Assembly: GCA_965203315.1 (NCBI GenBank)
Contig: OZ241857.1
Coordinates: 96,001 to 160,000 of the forward strand
Length of the DNA stretch: 64,000 bases
Reading direction: 5' to 3'
Source of the DNA: Nitrosopumilus sp.
Lineage (GTDB): Archaea > Thermoproteota > Nitrososphaeria > Nitrososphaerales > Nitrosopumilaceae
Shown here: in pieces, positions 31,534 through 43,700 of the stretch
Layout of the letters: every line of letters begins with the position of its first letter
Position numbering within the stretch: position 1 is the first letter of the stretch
The notes under the pieces: generated by a model
The model's database searches: none
The model's input: only the letters and a program-made list of their open reading frames with translations
Told to the model about the DNA's origin: nothing
Program-made: the position numbers and the translations under genes

Positions 31534-32955
31534 ATGAGTAAAACTCTCTTTGAAAAGATCTGGGATACACATACAGTGATCTCAGGTAATGACGGTCCAT
31601 CACTATTATACATTGATCGTCATCTCGTACATGAAGTTACATCTCCTCAAGCATTTGAGGGACTGCGTCTGAATAACCGAAGAGTACGTCGACCCGACCT
31701 TACAATCGCAACCGTTGATCATAATGTACCCACAAGTAATCGCTCTCTGCCTATGGCTGATCAAGTATCTGCTACGCAGATTCAAACTCTGGAGAAGAAC
31801 TGTCAAGACTTTGGGATACATTTGTTTGGAATGGATAGTCCAAATCAGGGAATAGTCCATGTTATAGGACCACAACTAGGAATAACACTGCCTGGCTCTA
31901 CAATAGTCTGTGGTGATAGCCACACCTCGACTCATGGTGCATTTGCCGCATTGGCGTTTGGTATAGGTACAAGTGACGTAGAGCATGTCTTGGCGTCTCA
32001 AACTATATGGCTCGAGAAGCCCAAGTCGTTTGAGATTCGAGTTGATGGCACACTCCCAAGTTCTGCTGTCACCTCAAAAGATATCATACTGCGCATAATC
32101 AGGGAGATTGGAACTAGCGGTGGCACAGGAACAGTCATCGAGTATCGTGGATCTGGAATAACTGATCTATCGATGGAACAGCGTATGACCATTTGTAATA
32201 TGTCTATCGAGGCAGGTGCACGTGCAGGGCTGATTGCTCCTGACGACAAGACATTTACATATCTGCGTAACAGACAATACACTCCTCAAGATTACGACTC
32301 TCTGGTCTCTGAGTGGCGTGACACCTTGTATACAGACTCTGACGCAAAGTTTGACAGACAGTTTATTCTGGATATACATGATCTCAAACCTCAAGTCAGT
32401 TGGGGGACAAACCCCGAGATGACATGTGATGTGACAGATACCGTTCCTAGTCCTCTAGATTTCGCTGATGGCGATCCCAACAAACAGTCCAGTGCAGAAC
32501 GGGCTCTTGAGTATATGGATCTCAAAGCAGGTACACCGATAACTGATATCAAACTAGATCGTGTCTTTATCGGTTCATGTACAAACGCTCGAATAGAGGA
32601 TCTGATATCTGCTGCACGTATAGTACGCGGTAATACTGTTGCAAGTGGTTTACGTGCAATGGTGGTTCCAGGTTCACAGATGGTAAAGAGATCTGCAGAA
32701 GAGATGAGATTGGACGAGATATTTCGAGATGCTGGATTTGAGTGGCGAGAGTCAGGCTGTAGTATGTGTCTTGGAATGAACCCCGATGTATTATATCCTG
32801 GACAGAGGTGCGCTAGTACATCTAACCGAAACTTTGAAGGTAGGCAGGGAGTTGGTGGACGAACACATCTGGTCAGTCCAGTTATGGCTGCAGCAGCTGC
32901 ACTCGAAGGGCACTTTGTAGATGTTACAGAGATGGATATAGATGGAACCATTTAG
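31534..32955 (+). CDS. leuC: 3-isopropylmalate dehydratase large subunit, bacterial type
   Basis: [51 protein letters not shown]. Confidence 0.95.
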   Translation: MSKTLFEKIWDTHTVISGNDGPSLLYIDRHLVHEVTSPQAFEGLRLNNRRVRRPDLTIATVDHNVPTSNRSLPMADQVSATQIQTLEKNCQDFGIHLFGMDSPNQGIVHVIGPQLGITLPGSTIVCGDSHTSTHGAFAALAFGIGTSDVEHVLASQTIWLEKPKSFEIRVDGTLPSSAVTSKDIILRIIREIGTSGGTGTVIEYRGSGITDLSMEQRMTICNMSIEAGARAGLIAPDDKTFTYLRNRQYTPQDYDSLVSEWRDTLYTDSDAKFDRQFILDIHDLKPQVSWGTNPEMTCDVTDTVPSPLDFADGDPNKQSSAERALEYMDLKAGTPITDIKLDRVFIGSCTNARIEDLISAARIVRGNTVASGLRAMVVPGSQMVKRSAEEMRLDEIFRDAGFEWRESGCSMCLGMNPDVLYPGQRCASTSNRNFEGRQGVGGRTHLVSPVMAAAAALEGHFVDVTEMDIDGTI

Positions 32956-33526
32956 AACCATATCCAGTATAGTGACGCCACTGCCCAAGTCCAACGTTGA
33001 TACAGATCAGCTGGTACCGAAACAGTTTCTTAAACTCGTTCAAAGAACTGGGTTTGGTAGATATCTCTTTTACAATTGGAGGTACAACTCTGACGGTAAT
33101 CTGATTAATGACTTTGTTCTAAATGATTCTAGGTATGCAGACTCGCAGATTTTGGTTACTGGCGACAACTTTGGTTGTGGCTCTTCACGTGAACATGCTG
33201 TGTGGGCACTAGCAGATTATGGGTTCAAGGTTGTAATCGCTCCATCGTTTGCTGATATCTTTTACAACAACTGCTTCAAGAATGGTGTACTGCCTATATC
33301 GATCTCTCAGAGTGTGGTGGATAGCCTATACAGTACAAACGATACAGTAACAATAGACCTACAAAACCTAGAGATCACAACATCTTGTACCAAGTATACA
33401 TTTGAGATAGACTCGTACAAACAACAGATGCTCTTGGAGGGACTAGACCATATAGGGCAGACGATGATACATGAAGCCAAGATAACAGCTTTTGAGAGAG
33501 ACGCTAGGATCCCATCTCTCTTATGA
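32942..33526 (+). CDS. leuD: 3-isopropylmalate dehydratase small subunit
   Basis: [42 protein letters not shown]. Confidence 0.95.
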   Translation: MEPFRTISSIVTPLPKSNVDTDQLVPKQFLKLVQRTGFGRYLFYNWRYNSDGNLINDFVLNDSRYADSQILVTGDNFGCGSSREHAVWALADYGFKVVIAPSFADIFYNNCFKNGVLPISISQSVVDSLYSTNDTVTIDLQNLEITTSCTKYTFEIDSYKQQMLLEGLDHIGQTMIHEAKITAFERDARIPSLL

Positions 33527-34211
33527 TCTGATCGACCGTACTGCTATTTCGAGATACTGTGTTGGGCGATTCGGCATCGATCCATGGAGCATCTCCTATA
33601 TCGAATGCAGAGATATTCTGTTGCTTTACCATCGGTTCTAGTATATCGTATGACAAGTTTAACTCGAGCTTTTGACTACGTCTTATCTCGTCTATGATTA
33701 TATTGCTTAGAATATAGACTCCTAGACACTCGTGCATCTCTAGACGTATAGTTGGTTTCTCTTTGAACTGTTTAATGATCCCGTCTTGTACGGTTGCAAA
33801 GCCCGTCTCTTCTGGTCGTTTGGTTCTAGTTGCAATACATGCCACACTAGCTGTATCTGTATAGTGTTTGTACATTCCATCTAGATCTATGGCGCAGAGA
33901 TTATCCACAAACCATAAAAGAAACTCTGTGTCGTCACCGATCTGTATGTTTCGTAGATCTCCTGCAGTACCATGTTGCATATCTTGGACAAATGTTACCT
34001 CTTGATGTTTGAGATAATTTTTGATCTGTCCACCTAGTCCATTATAGTCTGCCAATACCATTATCTCTTGTATGATATCAAATGTTCTCATATACTGTAC
34101 GATATAGTGGATCAATGGCTTGCCATGTATTGGAATCATGGCCTTTGGAAAGTAATCTGTGTATGGCCTACCTCGTGTTCCTTTACCGCCTGCTAAAATT
34201 ATCGCCTTCAC
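33504..34211 (-). CDS. Sugar-phosphate nucleotidyltransferase
   Basis: MKAIILAGGKGTR...PKAMIPI. Confidence 0.88.
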   Translation of the reverse strand: MKAIILAGGKGTRGRPYTDYFPKAMIPIHGKPLIHYIVQYMRTFDIIQEIMVLADYNGLGGQIKNYLKHQEVTFVQDMQHGTAGDLRNIQIGDDTEFLLWFVDNLCAIDLDGMYKHYTDTASVACIATRTKRPEETGFATVQDGIIKQFKEKPTIRLEMHECLGVYILSNIIIDEIRRSQKLELNLSYDILEPMVKQQNISAFDIGDAPWIDAESPNTVSRNSSTVDQIIREMGS

Positions 34212-34214
34212 GTT

Positions 34215-34664
34215 CTAACGGTAGGATTTCTGTCTTCTACGTCTTGCTCCGGGTCCACCAAACTTTTTCGGCTCCTTTCGTCTCGCATCTCCACTGATCA
34301 GATACTTGTCAAAGACCGTGATCCTTTTTCTTAAATCTTCGCGGATCGACTTTGAGAATGGATGATCTCGTGGATCTTTCTTGCTCTTGGTCCAACCTAC
34401 TAGAGCTCTTGATATACCTGTCGCTGCCGCGCCTGCTTGACTCATAAAACCGCCACCACGTACTCGAACCGATATGTCTATCTTGTTTCGGAGATTGCCA
34501 CTTATCTCGAGAGGTGCCAAGATCGCCTCACGCGCCGTCTCTTGCGAGATCATCTCTACTGGAACGTTGTTTATTCTAACTCTTCCTTGACCTTTGGTGA
34601 TGTATACGTGTGCACTAGATGTCTTGCGTGTTGCAAAGTAAATCTCTGTCTTTGGAGTCGTCAT
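34215..34664 (-). CDS. rps9: 30S ribosomal protein S9 (uS9)
   Basis: RRKEPKKFGGPGARRRRQKSYR. Confidence 0.97.
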   Translation of the reverse strand: MTTPKTEIYFATRKTSSAHVYITKGQGRVRINNVPVEMISQETAREAILAPLEISGNLRNKIDISVRVRGGGFMSQAGAAATGISRALVGWTKSKKDPRDHPFSKSIREDLRKRITVFDKYLISGDARRKEPKKFGGPGARRRRQKSYR

Positions 34665-35122
34665 CTAGTCCACCCCACTATTGTTCCCAACTCTTCGAGT
34701 GTTGTATACGAAGACGGTGATCGTCTTATCTTTGCGTTTGGAAACTGAATGTGTTCTAACGATCGTAGATCTCTTGGTGAGCCGATATACGTGCGTAATC
34801 GTTTGTATGACTCTACTCCTGATGGTTTCTTGCCATGTGGCAACATGCCACGAATCATCCTTGCAAGTATTGTATCTGGTCTTCGTGGATGAAATGGTCC
34901 ATGCTTTGGATGTAGAATACTAGCAATCTTTAGAAAATCTCGATACTCTTTGATTATATTGCTGCGGTTACCGCTCTGCATAACCTTTTCACAGTTGACT
35001 ATGGATACTCGATGACCTTTGATCAACAACTTGGCCACGTTTGATGCTAGTCTGCCTGCTATGTGGTTGGTGGCATCGACTACTATGGGCCTATCTGTTC
35101 TAACTGGAATCTGACTAGCCAA
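34661..35122 (-). CDS. rpl13: 50S ribosomal protein L13 (uL13)
   Basis: VVDATNHIAGRLAS, GPFHPRRP, RGMLP. Confidence 0.96.
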   Translation of the reverse strand: MASQIPVRTDRPIVVDATNHIAGRLASNVAKLLIKGHRVSIVNCEKVMQSGNRSNIIKEYRDFLKIASILHPKHGPFHPRRPDTILARMIRGMLPHGKKPSGVESYKRLRTYIGSPRDLRSLEHIQFPNAKIRRSPSSYTTLEELGTIVGWTR

Positions 35123-35462
35123 GCAGTATCACGTCCTTTCCAGTAGGTCTCTCTTTGATCAGATCTGGATAATTTAACAACTCACCACCACTGGCAGTTA
35201 TCTTGTCTGCAGCAGCTCTTGATATGGCAAATGAGAACAGTCGTATCTTGTGTGGCATATTGCCTGTACCTAGTACCTTGCCTGGAAACACAACTGTGTC
35301 GTTCTCTTTGGTCAATTGACCGATTCGACCTATGTTGATGTCTCGTCTGGCGATGGTTGGTTTTAACGCATACTCGGCAAGCTTGGCCCATATTGGAGCA
35401 GTATTTTTTGTGGCAGCTCGTTTGAGATCCCTTGCCATTCTAATCGTAACTTGACTGGTCAT
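35115..35462 (-). CDS. rpl18e: 50S ribosomal protein L18e
   Basis: APIW, INIGRI, VVFPGKVLGTG, AADKI. Confidence 0.94.
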   Translation of the reverse strand: MTSQVTIRMARDLKRAATKNTAPIWAKLAEYALKPTIARRDINIGRIGQLTKENDTVVFPGKVLGTGNMPHKIRLFSFAISRAAADKITASGGELLNYPDLIKERPTGKDVILLG

Positions 35463-35500
35463 ACGCATAATCACTTTAATCCTAAATATAACATGTATGA

Positions 35501-36136
35501 TCAACTCATCTCGTGTATCGTCTCTCCAAGCTTTACCAAACGATTACTGACTTCGCTTACACCTGCTAGCACTACTTGCTCTGGGCTTAGTGAACCCGCC
35601 GTCTCGATGGTTAAAAGATACTCGTCGTCTGCCTTGCCAGGTACAAGTGTTGCAATGTTTGACGCATTCCACTTTGCATGTTTTGTACCGCGCCCCAGCC
35701 TTGCATAACATTCAACCTTTACTCGTTGTCCTGGAGCCAACTGGACTATTGGAATCTCTGTAGATGTGGGTCTCACCGTCTCATCCTCAGAGTATAGCTC
35801 AGAGGATAATATCGTTCTAGTTGTTTCTGACTCTCCAGAGTCTAGTACCATCATCACTCTACAATTTGAACAGCCATTCTCGTTACCACAGTCACATAGA
35901 TCTGGCTCGTTGAATCGTACAGAGTCTGTCTTTAATGGGATCAGTGCCAATCTATGTGCTAATCCTTCATCTGGAAGAACAGACGAGTTTTCAATGATAT
36001 CTAGAGTATCTATAGCAAATACGGGAACACCGTTGAGACAGATACGTCGCAGTGCGTTGGCGTACTGTAACGAGATACCTCTCATCTTGAGAGATATCTT
36101 TTGTTCATCACGACTAACTATCTCTAATGAAGACAA
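35501..36136 (-). CDS. rpoD: DNA-directed RNA polymerase subunit D (Rpo3)
   Basis: ANALRRI, NSSVLPDEGLAHRLALIPL, GRGTKHAKW. Confidence 0.96.
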   Translation of the reverse strand: MSSLEIVSRDEQKISLKMRGISLQYANALRRICLNGVPVFAIDTLDIIENSSVLPDEGLAHRLALIPLKTDSVRFNEPDLCDCGNENGCSNCRVMMVLDSGESETTRTILSSELYSEDETVRPTSTEIPIVQLAPGQRVKVECYARLGRGTKHAKWNASNIATLVPGKADDEYLLTIETAGSLSPEQVVLAGVSEVSNRLVKLGETIHEMS

Positions 36137-36239
36137 ATCTTAAAGACTGCTCTTAAAGATATACATAAAAATCTAACTTGTAAGGGCATATGAGTGGTTT
36201 TTTGCAGATGATCCGACTCTTCTCTGCCTAGACTGTAAC

Positions 36240-36843
36240 GGTCAACAAACCTATCTAGTTACAGTTCAAGATCGGTGTATTCTTGTTTGATCGTGAATTT
36301 TATGCTGCAGAGATATTTGCTAAATTTCAAAACACTGCATACAAGTTTCTTACCCCATGTAAAAACACCGCATATGTTAAAAACTGCATTCGAGAGTATC
36401 AGCAAGGACTACGTGGTAGAATATCACAAGCGAAAATCACCAACGGAAAAGGATTGACCGTACCATTTACCATGATAATAACCAAGAACAGAAAAGGAAA
36501 GATGATGGCATATGCAACAAATGATCCCAGTATCGACGTATCGATATATGCAAGTCGATGGATCATAGAATCTGGATATCGTGATCTAGAACAGATGAGA
36601 TTAAAGATGCAGAGTAAAAACGAATCTGTAAGATTTATGTTGTTTTTGTTTAGTATGTTATTTTACAACGCATGGATCCTAGCACGACACATGCCATCTG
36701 AAACAAAAGGATTCTCAGAGATGGGCAAGAAAGTCACCAAAGTATACTTTAAGACATTTTTACAACTGCGTTTTCGAGAGCTAATGGCTTGTTGGCCACC
36801 ACCCACGAAATGAGTCTACGAGGCAGCACATTTGGGATGGCTG
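36240..36843 (+). mobile_element. Truncated ISH3/IS4-like element (3' half of transposase, 36283-36813)
   Basis: DREFY, YASRWIIESGYR; right end CACATTTGGGATGGCTG resembles the TIR of 8042-9287; left boundary approximate. Confidence 0.8.
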
Positions 36844-37462
36844 GTACTAGCTTCTCTACTACTTTGGTTATGATCGCGAGTAGAGTATCTGCACTGGCAT
36901 CAGGTATGATCTTAACATGTACGTTTCCGCCTCTCTCCAACATGCCTAAAACGATGATCTTGTTTTCAGCACCACGACCGCGATTTCCTTTCCTTTTACC
37001 TCCAAAATACGCCTCATCTACCTCAATTTCGCCCTGAAACATACGAAATTCGTTGTCTGAGTGCTCTAGTATGAGGCGTCTAAATATATCGAATGCATGC
37101 AGTACCGTATTGTAATTTAGATCTGTCTGTTCTGCCGCAACTTTTGCAGAAACAGATATCTCAAACAACTTGATTAGAATAAGCCACTTTGAGTAGGGTA
37201 TACGAAGTAACGAAAAATAAGAGTCTCCAAACGGTCTAAAGTCTCTCTTACACGATTTACAGTGTAACATACCTTTATTTCTCATCGGATAGAATTGATC
37301 GCTTGTACAGAACCTACATCTGATCTCTTTGTCTAATACTGATTCCAGATATCGTATCGTGGAGATCTCATCAGATGTTATTTTTGACAATGACCACAGA
37401 TTCATCAACTATGCGGTAAAAATACCCCCCTATTATTTAGGGGAAGTACACAGCTAATCGCC
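36844..37462 (-). mobile_element. Truncated IS1595-family element
   Basis: Zn finger CRFC...CKSC, EVDEAYFGGKRKGNRGRGA; end GGCGATTAGC at 37462; cut by the ISH3-like end. Confidence 0.85.
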
Positions 37463-37516
37463 AATTCTAAACTAACAATTTACCAAAATGTTCATTTGTC
37501 ATCTCTGCTATCGACT

Positions 37517-38514
37517 TGTCTTAGACGGAAATCATTTCATATATAAGTCAAGATCTGCCCATTTTGGGTCTTTTCTAATCTCAGCACTAGCTTGTTTTGC
37601 TCTAAAAGCAATAAGCGGTGTTTCTCCGTTATCGATATCTAGAGCAAAGTGTGGTCTTTTTTCATTGTAATGACTAATGTATTCACCAATTCTGGCATGA
37701 TGTTTAACCTCATTTTCAAATGTTCCAAAGAATCTCTCTATCTTACCATTAGTTTGTGGACGACCCACTCCTGCAAGTATGTGAGTAATTTTACGCTTTT
37801 GTAAAGCTCTTTCAAAGTGCGTAGGTTTCTTTTTACCTTTCTTTGGTTCTTTGTTAGATGTAAACTGAGGGCCATGATCAGATAGTATCTGTGCAGGTCT
37901 TCCAAACGTCTTAATTGCTTTGTCTAATACAAGTAGTGCATTCTCTGTTGTGGGATGTTGAAAGACTCCAAAGCCTGTAATACATCTGGATGCATCATCT
38001 AGGTAGCAAATTAGGTATAGATTTTGCCATCTGGAGTCTTTTATGACATGCCAGTCCACATGCCACATTGCGTTAGAGTACTTTCGTTCAAAGCGAATCC
38101 ATTTGTGACGCGTTCGGTTTGTAGATGCTGGAGATGCTAAACCTTTTGCTTTCATGATCTTCTTTACAGTGTTGTAGCTTATTTGTATGCGGGCAGAGCG
38201 CAGATGTTTTGCAATAAAAATAGCACCTCGAGGATCATCATTGTATGCTGCAGTTACAATTTGAATCTGTTTTGGTGTTGGTTCTATCTTTGGTCTTCCT
38301 GCATTGAGCTGTTTTGGAACTGAACCTGTCTGAATATAATATTCATAAATTTGATACACACGTCTGGGAGTTACCTTCATTCTCTCTGCTATGATGGATG
38401 AGCTTGTGCCTTTACGCATTTCTCTAATTATATACGCTATTTGTTTTTCATTCAGCATCCTTTACCAATGGTTTTATTTCGAGTTTATATATGAAATGAT
38501 TTCCGTCTAAGACA
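37517..38514 (-). mobile_element. IS481-family element, complete, 15-bp TSD
   Basis: 30-bp TIR TGTCTTAGACGGAAATCATTTCATATATAA; TSD TCTCTGCTATCGACT at 37502-37516 and 38515-38529. Confidence 0.93.
37532..38458 (-). CDS. IS481 transposase (integrase core)
   Basis: WHVDW, DDASR, SDHGPQF, PQTNGKIERF. Confidence 0.93.
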   Translation of the reverse strand: MLNEKQIAYIIREMRKGTSSSIIAERMKVTPRRVYQIYEYYIQTGSVPKQLNAGRPKIEPTPKQIQIVTAAYNDDPRGAIFIAKHLRSARIQISYNTVKKIMKAKGLASPASTNRTRHKWIRFERKYSNAMWHVDWHVIKDSRWQNLYLICYLDDASRCITGFGVFQHPTTENALLVLDKAIKTFGRPAQILSDHGPQFTSNKEPKKGKKKPTHFERALQKRKITHILAGVGRPQTNGKIERFFGTFENEVKHHARIGEYISHYNEKRPHFALDIDNGETPLIAFRAKQASAEIRKDPKWADLDLYMK

Positions 38515-38568
38515 TCTCTGCTATCGACTAGATAGATTTAAACAAGTTGAGACCTACTAGATACAATC

Positions 38569-39336
38569 ATGAGCATGACTATTTTATCTCTTGTAGTAGA
38601 ACGCAGAGATGCACCCTTTGATATCTATGATGCGTTATGTGATGCATTGTATTCAAATGGACTAGAACTATGTGACGGAGATATTGTCGTTATATCTACT
38701 AAATATACGTCATATGCACAAGGTCGTATAATTTGTACCGATACGATCAGGCCATCTGATGCCGCAACAAGCATTGCAACAAGGTATCATTTATCTCCCA
38801 AGTTATCTGAGGCGATATTGCGTGAATCTGAAAGTGTACTTGGCGGTGTAGTGGGTTTTGTATTGGCATTTGGTAACTATATGGTCGCTCCAAATGCAGG
38901 TATAGATCGTTCTAATACTACAAAGAATAGACTGATCTTGTATCCTACAGATCCATATGGCATAGCTGAACAGATACGTCGTAAGATCTTTCTAGATCGA
39001 TGTATACATGTAGGAATAATCCTAGTTGATAGTAGGCTTGGACCTGCTAGAGTTGGCACAACCGGGGTTGCAGTCAGTTGTGCTGGAATAGAACCAGTCG
39101 TAGATGTGCGTGGGCATTTAGATCTCGATGGAAATCCATTAAAGGTAACATTTCAAGCCACATCTGATAGCTTGGCCACAATTGCAAATCATCAGATGGG
39201 TGAAGGCGCAGAGTCTAAACCAATTGTCATAATACGTGGTGCCAATGTTCGACTGACTGATAGAATAATAACCCCTATCGAGACTGCCGTGCCTCCAGAT
39301 TGGTGTGTCTATATACGCGGTCTGTCTCATATCTAG
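38569..39336 (+). CDS. cofE: Coenzyme F420-0:L-glutamate ligase
   Basis: DGDIVVISTK, PNAGIDRSN, DLDGNPLKVT, MGEGAESKP. Confidence 0.9.
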   Translation: MSMTILSLVVERRDAPFDIYDALCDALYSNGLELCDGDIVVISTKYTSYAQGRIICTDTIRPSDAATSIATRYHLSPKLSEAILRESESVLGGVVGFVLAFGNYMVAPNAGIDRSNTTKNRLILYPTDPYGIAEQIRRKIFLDRCIHVGIILVDSRLGPARVGTTGVAVSCAGIEPVVDVRGHLDLDGNPLKVTFQATSDSLATIANHQMGEGAESKPIVIIRGANVRLTDRIITPIETAVPPDWCVYIRGLSHI

Positions 39337-39378
39337 TGTTATGGATACAACCATGTGATTATTCTGTTCTTGCTGCGT

Positions 39379-39483
39379 GGACTCTGATGATTATTTTGAG
39401 AAATTACTCCGTTTAGATTTTTGCAATATTTGGTCGTCCACGAAATAATTTGATAGTTTTGTGCCTAATAATAGGATAAGTCT
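39379..39483. mobile_element. Degenerate MITE-like repeat, family C
   Basis: Inverted homolog of 7518-7619. Confidence 0.55.
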
Positions 39484-39665
39484 ATTATGTGATGAGTCTT
39501 TATCAATCTAAACGTGATACAAAGTACAATCTTGTTGACTCGTCAGATATAGGTAACCTGATAATCAATAGTTCTACTGTCGTATCGGAACACATAACTA
39601 TGATCTCGAATCGTATTTCAGACTCGTTTTATATAAAAATAAGATGTATTAAATTATCTTATCTT

Positions 39666-40562
39666 ATGAAGTATGTTGTAACAGGCGGTCTAGGGTTCAT
39701 CGGTGGACATTTAGCTGGATATCTACTTGAACACAATCATGATGTTATAGTTGTAGACAACGCTGTCAATAACGTGTCGGGCAATATCTTTAATGCTATT
39801 GATGACCAGATCAAGATACATCGTATCGATATTAGAGATCTAGAAAGTTTAAAACGAGTGCTTAAAGACGTTGATGGGATATTTCATCAAGCCGGCCTTA
39901 CATCGGTACAAGAGTCATTTCAAAATGAATCTGAATATTATTCTACCAACGTACAAGGCACCGAGAATATATTCCGAATGTCGCGAGAGTTGGATATCAA
40001 GACCGTCTTTGCAAGTAGCGCTGCTGTATATGGAGCACAGGGAGAGATGCCTATCTCTGAAGATGCCGAGACTCACCCCCTGAGTCCGTATGGTAAACAA
40101 AAGTTAGAATGTGAAAGATGGTTATCTGATCCGAATAATCGTCTTGTGGGGTTGCGTTATTTTAACGTCTATGGAAAGAACCAATCATCAAACCATCCAA
40201 GTGTGATTAGAATATTCTCTGACAATATACACAAAAAAGAGGAGCTGATCATTAATGGAGATGGTTCTCAGATTCGAGACTTTGTGCATGTACTAGATGT
40301 TGTTCGTGCCAACTATGCTGCAATGACTAGCACTATTGATCGTGGATTATTTAATATTGGCTCTGGAGTTCCAATCTCGATTACACAGTTAGCACATCTA
40401 ATGATCAAAATATCTGGAAGAGATCTAGATGTAAGACATGTCGCAATAGTGGGTGGTGATATTAAAGCTAGCCATGCAGACATTTCACGAGCAAAAGATA
40501 TTTTGTCATGGTATCCTACAGTTACATTAGAGGATGGACTTGCTTCCATTCTAATCTCTTGA
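39666..40562 (+). CDS. NAD-dependent epimerase/dehydratase (GalE-like)
   Basis: TGGLGFIGGH, SSAAVYG, YGKQK, LRYFNVYG, RDFVHV; start MKYVV at 39666. Confidence 0.92.
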   Translation: MKYVVTGGLGFIGGHLAGYLLEHNHDVIVVDNAVNNVSGNIFNAIDDQIKIHRIDIRDLESLKRVLKDVDGIFHQAGLTSVQESFQNESEYYSTNVQGTENIFRMSRELDIKTVFASSAAVYGAQGEMPISEDAETHPLSPYGKQKLECERWLSDPNNRLVGLRYFNVYGKNQSSNHPSVIRIFSDNIHKKEELIINGDGSQIRDFVHVLDVVRANYAAMTSTIDRGLFNIGSGVPISITQLAHLMIKISGRDLDVRHVAIVGGDIKASHADISRAKDILSWYPTVTLEDGLASILIS

Positions 40563-40703
40563 TAGCAAGTTATTGGGTATTGCACACAATTTGGCGGATA
40601 TGAATAATGTGACACTCATGTAATATAGTCCTCTGACTTGTACTCGATAACTGTTTTTGTGCTTGTTTCCTGAACTGGTGCCTTACTAGATACTACAAGA
40701 TAC

Positions 40704-40729
40704 TTTTATAAGATACGGGGGGGGGGGGG
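40704..40729 (+). promoter_or_regulatory. TATA box followed by G13 homopolymer (putative phase-variable promoter)
   Basis: TTTTATAA at 40704-40711; G x13 at 40717-40729; TTG start at 40737. Confidence 0.6.
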
Positions 40730-40736
40730 ATAATTA

Positions 40737-43700
40737 TTGAGTAAGCGTCATCTGATTTCTGTTCTAGTTTTGGTAGCAGTTGTACCACTCTTACTAGTTG
40801 ATCTAGATGATGCGTTTGGAGCGGTTATACCTCCACCTAACTATCCTCCTATACAGAGTTTAAATCATCCAGGAGGTTTACGTTCTGATATTCATTCTAG
40901 TGGAATCTCACTTGTCAAACATAGCAACAATAGCGCAACTATTAATCTCGAGACATCTTATGATCACTATAGAATTGACCCTGTCTATGCACCCTTGGGA
41001 GACATTACCATAGACAAGGGCACAATGATACTACCAAACCCTAAATTGACATCAATTGGATGTACAGTCCAGTTTGGAGTAAACGACGTTGGTGCCAATC
41101 CATCTAATAACATTCACGAGTATGCTAAACTACCTACCGATGTAGATAGACGCACTTATACCAATTTACCTGAAAGCGATGTTAAAGTAATAGGTGTAGA
41201 CTTTAAAGAATATACATCCAGCAGTTGTGACGTCTCTGCTCTTACCACTAAAAACTCTACCAACTCACCACTCCTCACAGACAAATCGTTGAGAGTTACG
41301 CTTTATGGTCAGGCTGGCAAAAAAGCGTTCTTTGCCTCACACTTTGAAAATATCACCACAGCTCAACTGATCCCAGAGTGTACTAGTGCAAACTTTGACA
41401 ACACTACCAAACAACTCAAAGGACAAACTCGCATGTGTCACGGTACATACGGCAATCATCTGATTATAATAACAACACAAATAGGAGAGTATGGCGCTAC
41501 TAGTACAATTCTTCCACCAGATACACTGCCTATACTTCCACCTAGTGGTTTTCCTACTACTCTTACTACAAGTGATGTTCCATACCTGACAACTAGTCTT
41601 AATATCGACACTGGAACACTTGGTACAAGTGCAAAGAGATATCAGATAGATGGTACCCAACCTGGTTCACCGGTCAAGGCAGGTGATATCCATATACAAG
41701 GTACGACAACGATACTCTCAAATCCGATACTCTTGAGTCTCTCAACAACATGTGCTTTTAATATCGTATCACTTCCTGCTCTAAGTACTGCTTTTCCAAC
41801 CAATGTACAACCAGCAGGTAATGCAACCAATCCGGCATCGATTGCATTTAGTGGACAATCTTCTTGTGCAAGCTTGTCTCCTACACATCCAATGATAACA
41901 GACAAAGAGATGCGAATTACTCTGACCAATAAAACAGGCAGTAAAGCTTGGTATGCATCACCTAGTGAGGGTATAACCGAAGCTCAGCCGATCCCAGCAT
42001 GTACCGATGATATGATACACAAGAATCAAACTCTCAAAGGCAGGACAAAGATGTGTTATGGTGTGTACAGTGATGATCTGATAATCATCACAAAGAGATT
42101 CTTTGGACAATATGGAGCTGCTGAGACCATTACACCACCACAGAATTCTGTGGATCTCGATTCAAGCTATGCAATCCCTCCAGGTACACTGTCCATACCA
42201 CCACCTAGTGGTTTTCCTACTTCCCTTACTACAAGTGAAGCTCCATACATGTCAGCTCAACTAGCTAGCGACAATGGAACAATTGGTGCTACCAGTGGCA
42301 AACGATATCAGATAGACGGTAATCAAAACGTACCGGTCAAGGCAGGTGATATCCATATACAAGGTACGACAACAATACTCTCAAATCCATTCTTTGTAGG
42401 AAAGGGTTACACATGTCCTTTTAATGTATTCTCACTCCCTACTGAACGCACTTTTCATGGAGGTGGTTTTGCTTATCCGACCAATGTACAACCAACAGGT
42501 AATGCAACCAATCCCGCCTCGATTACATTTCATGGAGACTCTTCTTGTGCAAACTGGTCTCCTACACATCCAATGATAACAGACAAAGAGATGCGAATCA
42601 CTCTAGACAATAAAACCGGCAGTAAAGCTTGGTATGCATCACCTCGTCAAAATATAACCGAAGCTCAGCCGATTCCTGCATGTACTGCCGATACCATAAA
42701 TGTCAGTACAGGTAAACTCAAGGGCAACACAAAGATGTGTTATGGTGTATATGACGGTGAACTGGTCATCGTAACCAAGAGATTCTTGGGATACTATGGA
42801 TCTGCGGATACGATCACAACTCCACAGAATCAGGTAGACCTTGATTCAGACAAACATATGCTTCTACCATCTGTACCTGTGGTCCCTCCGCCCACACCAG
42901 GTCAGACCCTAACGATAACCATACCTGTACCCAATGATGGTAACATTACTAATGCACCCCTCAGTCTCGACCACAATACACCTAACAAGATACGACTCTT
43001 CAATAATGAAGTTTCACCAGGACTTGGCACTAGGTATCATGGTTCGAGTATTTCAGGATCATTGGGCAACATTACAATCCATTACAACACAAACATTACC
43101 AGCCAAACGTTTACTGTACCCTCGAATCCTGAGAATTACTGTTATGTTGCCCATCCAAATGCGGGCAGATTCGCATCTATACCAAAGATAAGCTCCTACA
43201 CCGTTATACTATACCTAGATATCCAAAAATCTTCTGAACAACGTTGCGTTAATGTTCCTGATATATCATTTGACGGTAAATTAACACTAGACAAAGAGGT
43301 CTACATAAAACTGACTGGGACAGACGGCCAAAATATCTTTTATCATGTGAGTGGTACGGACACGCCAGTAGAGATACCAAAGTGTACCAGTACCAACTTT
43401 GATTCTAGCGACAATACACTAAAGGGCAATACAGAGGTATGTTATGGCAAAGACGGTACAGATACAGTCATCGTATCCAAGATACTTGCACGCTTTGGAG
43501 CAACAACCGAAGATATTCCAAAGTCTAGTACACCAGATCCAGGCAGCCAAGACCTATTGACCATACCGCCAAAGACCAACTCTACAGTTGACGGTGCAGT
43601 ACAATTTAACTCGGACAAATTTAATAGCGGCAAGATATTCTATAGCGGCTCCGATATGAGATTCCTAGACAAGCCAAACCCTACAGGTGATATCTATATA

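Noticed and set aside
29781-33526. Two adjacent LeuCD-like pairs as a novelty
   Set aside because: An archaeal-type plus a bacterial-type aconitase-family pair is ordinary amino-acid biosynthesis; only the substrate assignment is uncertain.
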